Below, piece after piece: positions 49,401 to 61,400 of a stretch of DNA of 64,000 bases. The DNA comes from Eledone cirrhosa. Taxonomy: Eukaryota. The stretch spans positions 204,600,001 through 204,664,000 of the forward strand of contig OZ024740.1 in assembly GCA_964016885.1 (NCBI GenBank), in the 5' to 3' direction. The first letter of the stretch is position 1; the number at the start of each line of letters is the position of its first letter. The position numbers were made by a program, and so were the translations under genes. The notes under the pieces were generated by a model, which saw only the letters and a list, made by a program, of their open reading frames with translations, made no database searches and was not told where the DNA came from.

Positions 49401-52400
49401 GGTAATAGCACCTTCTCAAAGAAGAACTAAGATCCTTGGAAGGTAATAGCAACTTCTCAAAGAAGAACTAAGATCCTTGGAAGGTAATAGCAACTTCTCA
49501 AAGAAGAACTAAGATCCTTGGAAGGTAATAGCACCTTCTCAAAGAAGAACTAACATCCTTGGAAGGTAATAGCAACTTCTCAAGGAAGAACTAACATCCT
49601 TGGAAGGTAATAGCACCTTCTCAAAGAAGAACTAAGATCCTTGGAAGGTAATAGCACCTTCTCAAAGAAGAACTAAGATCCTTGGAAGGTAATAGCACCT
49701 TCTCGAAGAAGAACTAAGATCCTTGGAAGTTAATAGCACCTTCTCAAAGAAGAACTAACATCCTTGGAAGGTAATAGCACCTTCTCAAAGAAGAACTAAC
49801 ATCCTTGGAAGGTAATAGCACCTTCTCAAAGAAGAACTAACATCCTTGGAAGGTAATAGCACCTTCTCAAAGAAGAACTAACATCCTTGGAAGGTAATAG
49901 CAACTTCTCAAAGAAGAACTAAGATCATTGGAAGGTAATAGCAACTTCTCAAAGAAGAACTAACATCATTGGAAGGTAATAGCACCTTCTCAAAGAAGAA
50001 CTAACATCCTTGGAATGTAATAGCACCTTCTCAAAGAAGAACTAAGATCATTGGAAGGTAATAGCAACTTCTCAAAGAAGAACTAACATCATTGGAAGTT
50101 AATAGCACCTTCTCAAAGAAGAACTAACATCCTTGGAAGGTAATAGCAACTTCTTTGAGAAGAACTAACATCCTTGGAAGGTAATAGCACCTTCTCAAAG
50201 AAGAACTAACATTCTTGGAAGGTAATAGCAATTTCTCAAAGAACTAAGATCCTTGGAAGGTAATAGCAATTTCTCAAAGAAGAACTACGATCCTTGGAAG
50301 GTAATAGCAACTTCTCAAAGAAGAACTAACATCCTTGGAAGGTAATAGCACCTTCTCAAAGAAGAACTAACATCCTTGGAAGGTAATAGCAATTTCTCAA
50401 AGAAGAACTAAGATCCTTGGAAGGTAATAGCAACTTCTCAAAGAAGAACTAACATCCTTGGAAGGTAATAGCAACTTCTCAAAGAAGAACTAACATCCTT
50501 GGAAGGTAATAGCACCTTCTCAAGGAAGAACTAACATCCTTGGAAGGTAATAGCACCTTCTCAAAGAAGAACTAAGATCCTTGGAAGGTAATAGCACCTT
50601 CTCAAAGAAGAACTAAGATCCTTGGAAGGTAATAGCACCTTCTCGAAGAAGAACTAAGATCCTTGGAAGTTAATAGCACCTTCTCAAAGAAGAACTAACA
50701 TCCTTGGAAGGTAATAGCACCTTCTCAAAGAAGAACTAACATCCTTGGAAGGTAATAGCACCTTCTCAAAGAAGAACTAACATCCTTGGAAGGTAATAGC
50801 ACCTTCTCAAAGAAGAACTAACATCCTTGGAAGGTAATAGCAACTTCCCAAAGAAGAACTAAGATCCTTGGAAGGTAATAGCAACTTCTCAAAGAAGAAC
50901 TAACATCCTTGGAAGGTAATAGCAACTTCTCAAAGAAGAACTAAGATCCTTGGAAGGTAATAGCACCTTCTCAAAGAAGAACTAAGATCCTTGGAAGGTA
51001 ATAGCACCTTCTCAAAGAAGAACTAAGATCCTTGGAAGGTAATAGCACCTTCTCGAAGAAGAACTAAGATCCTTGGAAGTTAATAGCACCTTCTCAAAGA
51101 AGAACTAACATCCTTGGAAGGTAATAGCACCTTCTCAAAGAAGAACTAACATCCTTGGAAGGTAATAGCAACTTCTCAAAGAAGAACTAAGATCCTTGGA
51201 AGGTAAAAGCAACTTCTCAAAGAAGAACTAACATCCTTGGAAGGTAATAGCACCTTCTCAAAGAAGAACTAAGATCCTTGGAAGGTAATAGCACCTTCTC
51301 AAAGAAGAACTAAGATCATTGGAAGGTAATAGCAACTTCTCAAAGAAGAACTAAGATCATTGGAAGGTAATAGCACCTTCTCAAAGAAGAACTAACATCC
51401 TTGGAATGTAATAGCACCTTCTCAAAGAAGAACTAACATCCTTGGAAGGTAATAGCAACTTCTCAAAGAAGAACTAACATCCTTGGAAGGTAATAGCAAC
51501 TTCTCAAAGAAGAACTAACATCCTTGGAAGGTAATAGCAACTTCTCACAAAAGAACTAACATCCTTGGAAGGTAATAGCACCTTCTCAAAGAAGAACTAA
51601 CATCCTTGGAAGGTAATAGCACCTTCTCAAAGAAGAACTAAGATCCTTGGAAGGTAATAGCACCTTCTCAAAGAAGAACTAAGATCATTGGAAGGTAATA
51701 GCACCTTCTCAAAGAAGAACTAAGATCCTTGGAAGGTAATAGCAACTTCTCAAAGAAGAACTAAGATCCTTGGAAGGTAATAGCAACTTCTCAAAGAAGA
51801 ACTAACATCCTTGGAAGGTAATAGCACCTTCTCAAAGAAGAACTAAGATCCTTGGAAGGTAATAGCACCTTCTCAAAGAAGAACTAAGATCATTGGAAGG
51901 TAATAGCAACTTCTCAAAGAAGAACTAACATCATTGGAAGGTAATAGCAACTTCTCAAAGAAGAACTAAGATCCTTGGAAGGTAATAGCACCTTCTCAAA
52001 GAAGAACTAAGATCATTGGAAGGTAATAGCAACTTCTCAAAAAAGAACTAACATCCTTGGAAGGTAATAGCACCTTCTCAAAGAAGAACTAACATCCTTG
52101 GAAGGTAATAGCAACTTCTCAAAGAAGAACTAAGATCCTTGGAAGGTAATAGCAACTTCTCAAAGAAGAACTAACATCCTTGGAAGGTAATAGCACCTTC
52201 TCAAAGAAGAACTAAGATCCTTGGAAGGTAATAGCACCTTCTCAAAGAAGAACTAAGATCATTGGAAGGTAATAGCAACTTCTCAAAGAAGAACTAACAT
52301 CATTGGAAGGTAATAGCACCTTCTCAAAGAAGAACTAACATCCTTGGAATGTAATAGCACCTTCTCAAAGAAGAACTAACATCCTTGGAAGGTAATAGCA

Positions 52401-55400
52401 ACTTCTCAAAGAAGAACTAAGATCCTTGGAAGGTAATAGCACCTTCTCTTAGAAGAACTAACATCCTTGGAAGGTAATAGCAACTTCTCAAAGAAGAACT
52501 AAGATCATTGGAAGGTAATAGCACCTTCTCAAAGAAGAACTAACATCCTTGGAAGGTAATAGCACCTTCTCAAAGAAGAACTAAGATCCTTGGAAGGTAA
52601 TAGCAACTTCTCAAAGAAGAACTAAGATCCTTGGAAGGTAATAGCAACTTCTCAAAGAAGAACTAAGATCCTTGGAAGGTAATAGCACCTTCTCAAAGAA
52701 GAACTAACATCCTTGGAAGGTAATAGCACCTTCTCAAAGAAGAACTAAGATCCTTGGAAGGTAATAGCAACTTCTCAAAGAAGAACGAACATCCTTGGAA
52801 GGTAATAGCAACTTCTCAAAGAAGAACTAACATCCTTGGAAGGTAATAGCACCTTCTCAAAGAAGAACTACGATCCTTGGAAGGTAATAGCAACTTCTCA
52901 AAGAAGAACTAACATCCTTGGAAGGTAATAGCAACTTCTTTGAGAAGAACTAACATCCTTGGAAGGTAATAGCACCTTCTCAAAGAAGAACTAACATCCT
53001 TGGAAGGTAATAGCACCTTCTCAAAGAAGAACTAACATCATTGGAAGGTAATAGCACCTTCTCAAAGAACTAAGATCCTTGGAAGGTAATAGCAATTTCT
53101 CAAAGAAGAACTAAGATCCTTGGAAGGTAATAGCAACTTCTCAAAGAAGAACTAACATCCTTGGAAGGTAATAGCAACTTCTCAAAGAAGAACTAACATC
53201 CTTGGAAGGTAATAGCACCTTCTCAAGGAAGAACTAACATCCTTGGAAGGTAATAGCACCTTCTCAAAGAAGAACTAAGATCCTTGGAAGGTAATAGCAC
53301 CTTCTCAAAGAAGAACTAAGATCCTTGGAAGGTAATAGCACCTTCTCGAAGAAGAACTAAGATCCTTGGAAGTTAATAGCACCTTCTCAAAGAAGAACTA
53401 ACATCCTTGGAAGGTAATAGCACCTTCTCAAAGAAGAACTAACATCCTTGGAAGGTAATAGCACCTTCTCAAAGAAGAACTAACATCCTTGGAAGGTAAT
53501 AGCAACTTCTCAAAGAAGAACTAAGATCCTTGGAAGGTAATAGCAACTTCTCAAAGAAGAACTAACATCCTTGGAAGGTAATAGCACCTTCTCAAAGAAG
53601 AACTAAGATCCTTGGAAGGTAATAGCACCTTCGCAAAGAAGAACTAAGATCATTGGAAGGTAATAGCAACTTCTCAAAGAAGAACTAACATCATTGGAAG
53701 TTAATAGCACCTTCTCAAAGAAGAACTAACATCCTTGGAAGGTAATAGCAACTTCTTTGAGAAGAACTAACATCCTTGGAAGGTAATAGCACCTTCTCAA
53801 AGAAGAACTAACATTCTTGGAAGGTAATAGCAATTTCTCAAAGAACTAAGATCCTTGGAAGGTAATAGCAATTTCTCAAAGAAGAACTACGATCCTTGGA
53901 AGGTAATAGCAACTTCTCAAAGAAGAACTAACATCCTTGGAAGGTAATAGCACCTTCTCAAAGAAGAACTAACATCCTTGGAAGGTAATAGCAATTTCTC
54001 AAAGAAGAACTAAGATCCTTGGAAGGTAATAGCAACTTCTCAAAGAAGAACTAACATCCTTGGAAGGTAATAGCAACTTCTCAAAGAAGAACTAACATCC
54101 TTGGAAGGTAATAGCACCTTCTCAAGGAAGAACTAACATCCTTGGAAGGTAATAGCACCTTCTCAAAGAAGAACTAAGATCCTTGGAAGGTAATAGCACC
54201 TTCTCAAAGAAGAACTAAGATCCTTGGAAGGTAATAGCACCTTCTCGAAGAAGAACTAAGATCCTTGGAAGTTAATAGCACCTTCTCAAAGAAGAACTAA
54301 CATCCTTGGAAGGTAATAGCACCTTCTCAAAGAAGAACTAACATCCTTGGAAGGTAATAGCACCTTCTCAAAGAAGAACTAACATCCTTGGAAGGTAATA
54401 GCACCTTCTCAAAGAAGAACTAACATCCTTGGAAGGTAATAGCAACTTCTCAAAGAAGAACTAAGATCCTTGGAAGGTAATAGCAACTTCTCAAAGAAGA
54501 ACTAACATCCTTGGAACGTAATAGCAACTTCTCAAAGAAGAACTAAGATCCTTGGAAGGTAATAGCACCTTCTCAAAGAAGAACTAAGATCCTTGGAAGG
54601 TAATAGCACCTTCTCAAAGAAGAACTAAGATCCTTGGAAGGTAATAGCACCTTCTCGAAGAAGAACTAAGATCCTTGGAAGTTAATAGAACCTTCTCAAA
54701 GAAGAACTAACATCCTTGGAAGGTAATAGCACCTTCTCAAAGAAGAACTAACATCCTTGGAAGGTAATAGCAACTTCTCAAAGAAGAACTAAGATCCTTG
54801 GAAGGTAATAGCAACTTCTCAAAGAAGAACTAACATCCTTGGAAGGTAATAGCACCTTCTCAAAGAAGAACTAAGATCCTTGGAAGGTAATAGCACCTTC
54901 TCAAAGAAGAACTAAGATCATTGGAAGGTAATAGCAACTTCTCAAAGAAGAACTAAGATCATTGGAAGGTAATAGCACCTTCTCAAAGAAGAACTAACAT
55001 CCTTGGAATGTAATAGCACCTTCTCAAAGAAGAACTAACATCCTTGGAAGGTAATAGCAACTTCTCAAAGAAGAACTAACATCCTTGGAAGGTAATAGCA
55101 ACTTCTCAAAGAAGAACTAACATCCTTGGAAGGTAATAGCAACTTCTCACAAAAGAACTAACATCCTTGGAAGGTAATAGCACCTTCTCAAAGAAGAACT
55201 AACATCCTTGGAAGGTAATAGCACCTTCTCAAAGAAGAACTAAGATCCTTGGAAGGTAATAGCACCTTCTCAAAGAAGAACTAAGATCATTGGAAGGTAA
55301 TAGCACCTTCTCAAAGAAGAACTAAGATCCTTGGAAGGTAATAGCAACTTCTCAAAGAAGAACTAAGATCCTTGGAAGGTAATAGCAACTTCTCAAAGAA

Positions 55401-58400
55401 GAACTAACATCCTTGGAAGGTAATAGCACCTTCTCAAAGAAGAACTAAGATCCTTGGAAGGTAATAGCACCTTCTCAAAGAAGAACTAAGATCATTGGAA
55501 GGTAATAGCAACTTCTCAAAGAAGAACTAACATCATTGGAAGGTAATAGCACCTTCTCAAAGAAGAACTAACATCCTTGGAATGTAATAGCACCTTCTCA
55601 AAGAAGAACTAACATCCTTGGAAGGTAATAGCACCTTCTCTTAGAAGAACTAACATCCTTGGAAGGTAATAGCAACTTCTCAAAGAAGAACTAAGATCAT
55701 TGGAAGGTAATAGCACCTTCTCAAAGAAGAACTAACATCCTTGGAAGGTAATAGCACCTTTTCAAAGAAGAACTAAGATCCTTGGAAGGTAATAGCAACT
55801 TCTCAAAGAAGAACTAAGATCCTTGGAAGGTAATAGCAACTTCTCAAAGAAGAACTAAGATCCTTGGAAGGTAATAGCACCTTCTCAAAGAAGAACTAAC
55901 ATCCTTGGAAGGTAATAGCACCTTCTCAAAGAAGAACTAAGATCCTTGGAAGGTAATAGCAACTTCTCAAAGAAGAACGAACATCCTTGGAAGGTAATAG
56001 CAACTTCTCAAAGAAGAACTAACATCCTTGGAAGGTAATAGCACCTTCTCAAAGAAGAACTACGATCCTTGGAAGGTAATAGCAACTTCTCAAAGAAGAA
56101 CTAACATCCTTGGAAGGTAATAGCAACTTCTTTGAGAAGAACTAACATCCTTGGAAGGTAATAGCACCTTCTCAAAGAAGAACTAACATCCTTGGAAGGT
56201 AATAGCACCTTCTCAAAGAAGAACTAACATCATTGGAAGGTAATAGCACCTTCTCAAAGAACTAAGATCCTTGGAAGGTAATAGCAATTTCTCAAAGAAG
56301 AACTAAGATCCTTGGAAGGTAATAGCAACTTCTCAAAGAAGAACTAACATCCTTGGAAGGTAATAGCAACTTCTCAAAGAAGAACTAACATCCTTGGAAG
56401 GTAATAGCACCTTCTCAAGGAAGAACTAACATCCTTGGAAGGTAATAGCACCTTCTCAAAGAAGAACTAAGATCCTTGGAAGGTAATAGCACCTTCTCAA
56501 AGAAGAACTAAGATCCTTGGAAGGTAATAGCACCTTCTCGAAGAAGAACTAAGATCCTTGGAAGTTAATAGCACCTTCTCAAAGAAGAACTAACATCCTT
56601 GGAAGGTAATAGCACCTTCTCAAAGAAGAACTAACATCCTTGGAAGGTAATAGCACCTTCTCAAAGAAGAACTAACATCCTTGGAAGGTAATAGCAACTT
56701 CTCAAAGAAGAACTAAGATCCTTGGAAGGTAATAGCAACTTCTCAAAGAAGAACTAACATCCTTGGAAGGTAATAGCACCTTCTCAAAGAAGAACTAAGA
56801 TCCTTGGAAGGTAATAGCACCTTCGCAAAGAAGAACTAAGATCATTGGAAGGTAATAGCAACTTCTCAAAGAAGAACTAACATCATTGGAAGGTAATAGC
56901 ACCTTCTCAATGAAGAACTAACATCCTTGGAATGTAATAGCACCTTCTCAAAGAAGAACTAAGATCATTGGAAGGTAATAGCAACTTTTCAAAGAAGAAC
57001 TAACATCATTGGAAGTTAATAGCACCTTCTCAAAGAAGAACTAACATCCTTGGAAGGTAATAGCAACTTCTCAAAGAAGAACTAACATCCTTGGAAGGTA
57101 ATAGCAACTTCTCAAAGAAGAACTAACATCCTTGGAAGGTAATAGCAACTTCTCAAAGAAGAACTAACATCATTGGAAGGTAATAGCAACTTCTCAAAGA
57201 AGAACTAAGATCATTGGAAGGTAATAGCACCTTCTCAAAGAAGAACTAAGATCCTTGGAAGGTAATAACAACTTCTCAAAGAAGAACTAAGATCCTTGGA
57301 AGGTAATAGCAACTTCTCAAAGAAGAACTAACATCCTTGGAAGGTAATAGCACCTTCTCAAAGAAGAACTAACATCCTTGGAAGGTAATAGCACCTTCTC
57401 AAAGAAGAACTAAGATCCTGGAAGGTAATAGCAACTTCTCAAAGAAGAACGAACATCCTTGGAAGGTAATAGCAACTTCTCAAAGAAGAACTAACATCCT
57501 TGGAAGGTAATAGCACCTTCTCAAAGAAGAACTAAGATTCTTGGAAGGTAATAGCAACTTCTCAAAGAAGAACTAACATCCTTGGAAGGTAATAGCAACT
57601 TCTTTGAGAAGAACTAACATCCTTGGAAGGTAATAGCACCTTCTCAAAGAAGAACTAACATCCTTGGAAGGTAATAGCACCTTCTCAAAGAAGAACTAAC
57701 ATTCTTGGAAGGTAATAGCAATTTCTCAAAGAACTAAGATCCTTGGAAGGTAATAGCAATTTCTCAAAGAAGAACTAAGATCCTTGGAAGGTAATAGCAA
57801 CTTCTCAAAGAAGAACTAACATCCTTGGAAGGTAATAGCAACTTCTCAAAGAAGAACTAACATCCTTGGAAGGTAATAGCACCTTCTCAAGGAAGAACTA
57901 ACATCCTCGGAAGGTAATAGCACCTTCTCAAAGAAGAACTAAGCTCCTTGGAAGGTAATAGCACCTTCTCAAAGAAGAACTAAGATCCTTGGAAGGTAAT
58001 AGCACCTTCTCGAAGAAGAACTAAGATCCTTGGAAGGTAATAGCACCTTCTCAAAGAAGAACTAACATCCTTGGAAGGTAATAGCACCTTCTCAAAGAAG
58101 AACTAACATCCTTGGAAGGTAATAGCACCTTCTCAAAGAAGAACTAACATCCTTGGAAGGTAATAGCACCTTCTCAAAGAAGAACTAACATCCTTGGAAG
58201 GTAATAGCAACTTCTCAAAGAAGAACTAACATCCTTGGAAGGTAATAGCAACTTCTCAAAGAAGAACTAACATCATTGGAAGGTAATAGCAACTTCTCAA
58301 AGAAGAACTAAGATCATTGGAAGGTAATAGCACCTTCTCAAAGAAGAACTAAGATCCTTGGAAGGTAATAGCAACTTCTCAAAGAAGAACTAAGATCCTT

Positions 58401-61400
58401 GGAAGGTAATAGCACCTTCTCAAAGAAGAACTAAGATCCTTGGAAGGTAATAGCACCTTCTCAAAGAAGAACTAAGATTCTTGGAAGGTAATAGCAACTT
58501 CTCAAAGAAGAACTAACATCCTTGGAAGGTAATAGCAACTTCTTTGAGAAGAACTAACATCCTTGGAAGGTAATAGCACCTTCTCAAAGAAGAACTAACA
58601 TCCTTGGAAGGTAATAGCACCTTCTCAAAGAAGAACTAACATTCTTGGAAGGTAATAGCAATTTCTCAAAGAACTAAGATCCTTGGAAGGTAATAGCAAT
58701 TTCTCAAAGAAGAACTAAGATCCTTGGAAGGTAATAGCAACTTCTCAAAGAAGAACTAACATCCTTGGAAGGTAATAGCAACTTCTCAAAGAAGAACTAA
58801 CATCCTTGGAAGGTAATAGCACCTTCTCAAGGAAGAACTAACATCCTTGGAAGGTAATAGCACCTTCTCAAAGAAGAACTAAGATCCTTGGAAGGTAATA
58901 GCACCTTCTCGAAGAAGAACTAAGATCCTTGGAAGGTAATAGCACCTTCTCGAAGAAGAACTAAGATCCTTGGAAGGTAATAGCACCTTCTCAAAGAAGA
59001 ACTAACATCCTTGGAAGGTAATAGCACCTTCTCAAAGAAGAACTAACATCCTTGGAAGGTAATAGCACCTTCTCAAAGAAGAACTAACATCCTTGGAAGG
59101 TAATAGCAACTTCTCAAAGAAGAACTAACATCCTTGGAAGGTAATAGCAACTTCTCAAAGAAGAACTAACATCATTGGAAGGTAATAGCAACTTCTCAAA
59201 GAAGAACTAAGATCATTGGAAGGTAATAGCACCTTCTCAAAGAAGAACTAAGATCCTTGGAAGGTAATAGCAACTTCTCAAAGAAGAACTAAGATCCTTA
59301 GAAGGTAATAGCAACTTCTCAAAGAAGAACTAAGATCCTTGGAAGGTAATAGCACCTTCTCAAAGAAGAACTAACATCCTTGGAAGGTAATAGCACCTTC
59401 TCAAAGAAGAACTAAGATCCTTGGAAGGTAATAGCAACTTCTCAAAGAAGAACTAAGATTCTTGGAAGGTAATAGCAACTTCTCAAAGAAGAACTAACAT
59501 CCTTGGAAGGTAATAGCAACTTCTTTGAGAAGAACTAACATCCTTGGAAGGTAATAGCACCTTCTCAAAGAAGAACTAACATCCTTGGAAGGTAATAGCA
59601 CCTTCTCAAAGAAGAACTAACATTCTTGGAAGGTAATAGCAATTTCTCAAAGAACTAAGATCCTTGGAAGGTAATAGCAATTTCTCAAAGAAGAACTAAG
59701 ATCCTTGGAAGGTAATAGCAACTTCTCAAAGAAGAACTAACATCCTTGGAAGGTAATAGCAACTTCTCAAAGAAGAACTAACATCCTTGGAAGGTAATAG
59801 CACCTTCTCAAGGAAGAACTAACATCCTTGGAAGGTAATAGCACCTTCTCAAAGAAGAACTAAGATCCTTGGAAGGTAATAGCACCTTCTCAAAGAAGAA
59901 CTAAGATCCTTGGAAGGTAATAGCACCTTCTCGAAGAAGAACTAAGATCCTTGGAAGGTAATAGCACCTTCTCAAAGAAGAACTAACATCCTTGGAAGGT
60001 AATAGCACCTTCTCAAAGAAGAACTAACATCCTTGGAAGGTAATAGCACCTTCTCAAAGAAGAACTAACATCCTTGGAAGGTAATAGCAACTTCTCAAAG
60101 AAGAACTAAGATCCTTGGAAGGTAATAGCAACTTCTCAAAGAAGAACTAACATCCTTGGAAGGTAATAGCAACTTCTCAAAGAAGAACTAAGATCCTTGG
60201 AAGGTAATAGCACCTTCTCAAAGAAGAACTAAGATCCTTGGAAGGTAATAGCACCTTCTCAAAGAAGAACTAAGATCCTTGGAAGGTAATAGCACCTTCT
60301 CGAAGAAGAACTAAGATCCTTGGAAGTTAATAGCACCTTCTCAAAGAAGAACTAACATCCTTGGAAGGTAATAGCACCTTCTCAAAGAAGAACTAACATC
60401 CTTGGAAGGTAATAGCACCTTCTCAAAGAAGAACTAACATCCTTGGAAGGTAATAGCAACTTCTCAAAGAAGAACTAAGATCCTTGGAAGGTAATAGCAA
60501 CTTCTCAAAGAAGAACTAACATCCTTGGAAGGTAATAGCACCTTCTCAAAGAAGAACTAAGATCCTTGGAAGGTAATAGCACCTTCGCAAAGAAGAACTA
60601 AGATCATTGGAAGGTAATAGCAACTTCTCAAAGAAGAACTAACATCCTTGGAAGGTAATAGCAACTTCTCAAAGAAGAACTAACATCCTTGGAAGGTAAT
60701 AGCACCTTCTCAAGGAAGAACTAACATCCTTGGAAGGTAATAGCACCTTCTCAAAGAAGAACTAAGATCCTTGGAAGGTAATAGCACCTTCTCGAAGAAG
60801 AACTAAGATCCTTGGAAGGTAATAGCACCTTCTCGAAGAAGAACTAAGATCCTTGGAAGGTAATAGCACCTTCTCAAAGAAGAACTAACATCCTTGGAAG
60901 GTAATAGCACCTTCTCAAAGAAGAACTAACATCCTTGGAAGGTAATAGCACCTTCTCAAAGAAGAACTAACATCCTTGGAAGGTAATAGCAACTTCTCAA
61001 AGAAGAACTAACATCCTTGGAAGGTAATAGCAACTTCTCAAAGAAGAACTAACATCATTGGAAGGTAATAGCAACTTCTCAAAGAAGAACTAAGATCATT
61101 GGAAGGTAATAGCACCTTCTCAAAGAAGAACTAACATCCTTGGAAGGTAATAGCAACTTCTCAAAGAAGAACTAAGATCCTTAGAAGGTAATAGCAACTT
61201 CTCAAAGAAGAACTAAGATCCTTGGAAGGTAATAGCACCTTCTCAAAGAAGAACTAACATCCTTGGAAGGTAATAGCAACTTCTTTGAGAAGAACTAACA
61301 TCCTTGGAAGGTAATAGCACCTTCTCAAAGAAGAACTAACATCCTTGGAAGGTAATAGCACCTTCTCAAAGAAGAACTAACATTCTTGGAAGGTAATAGC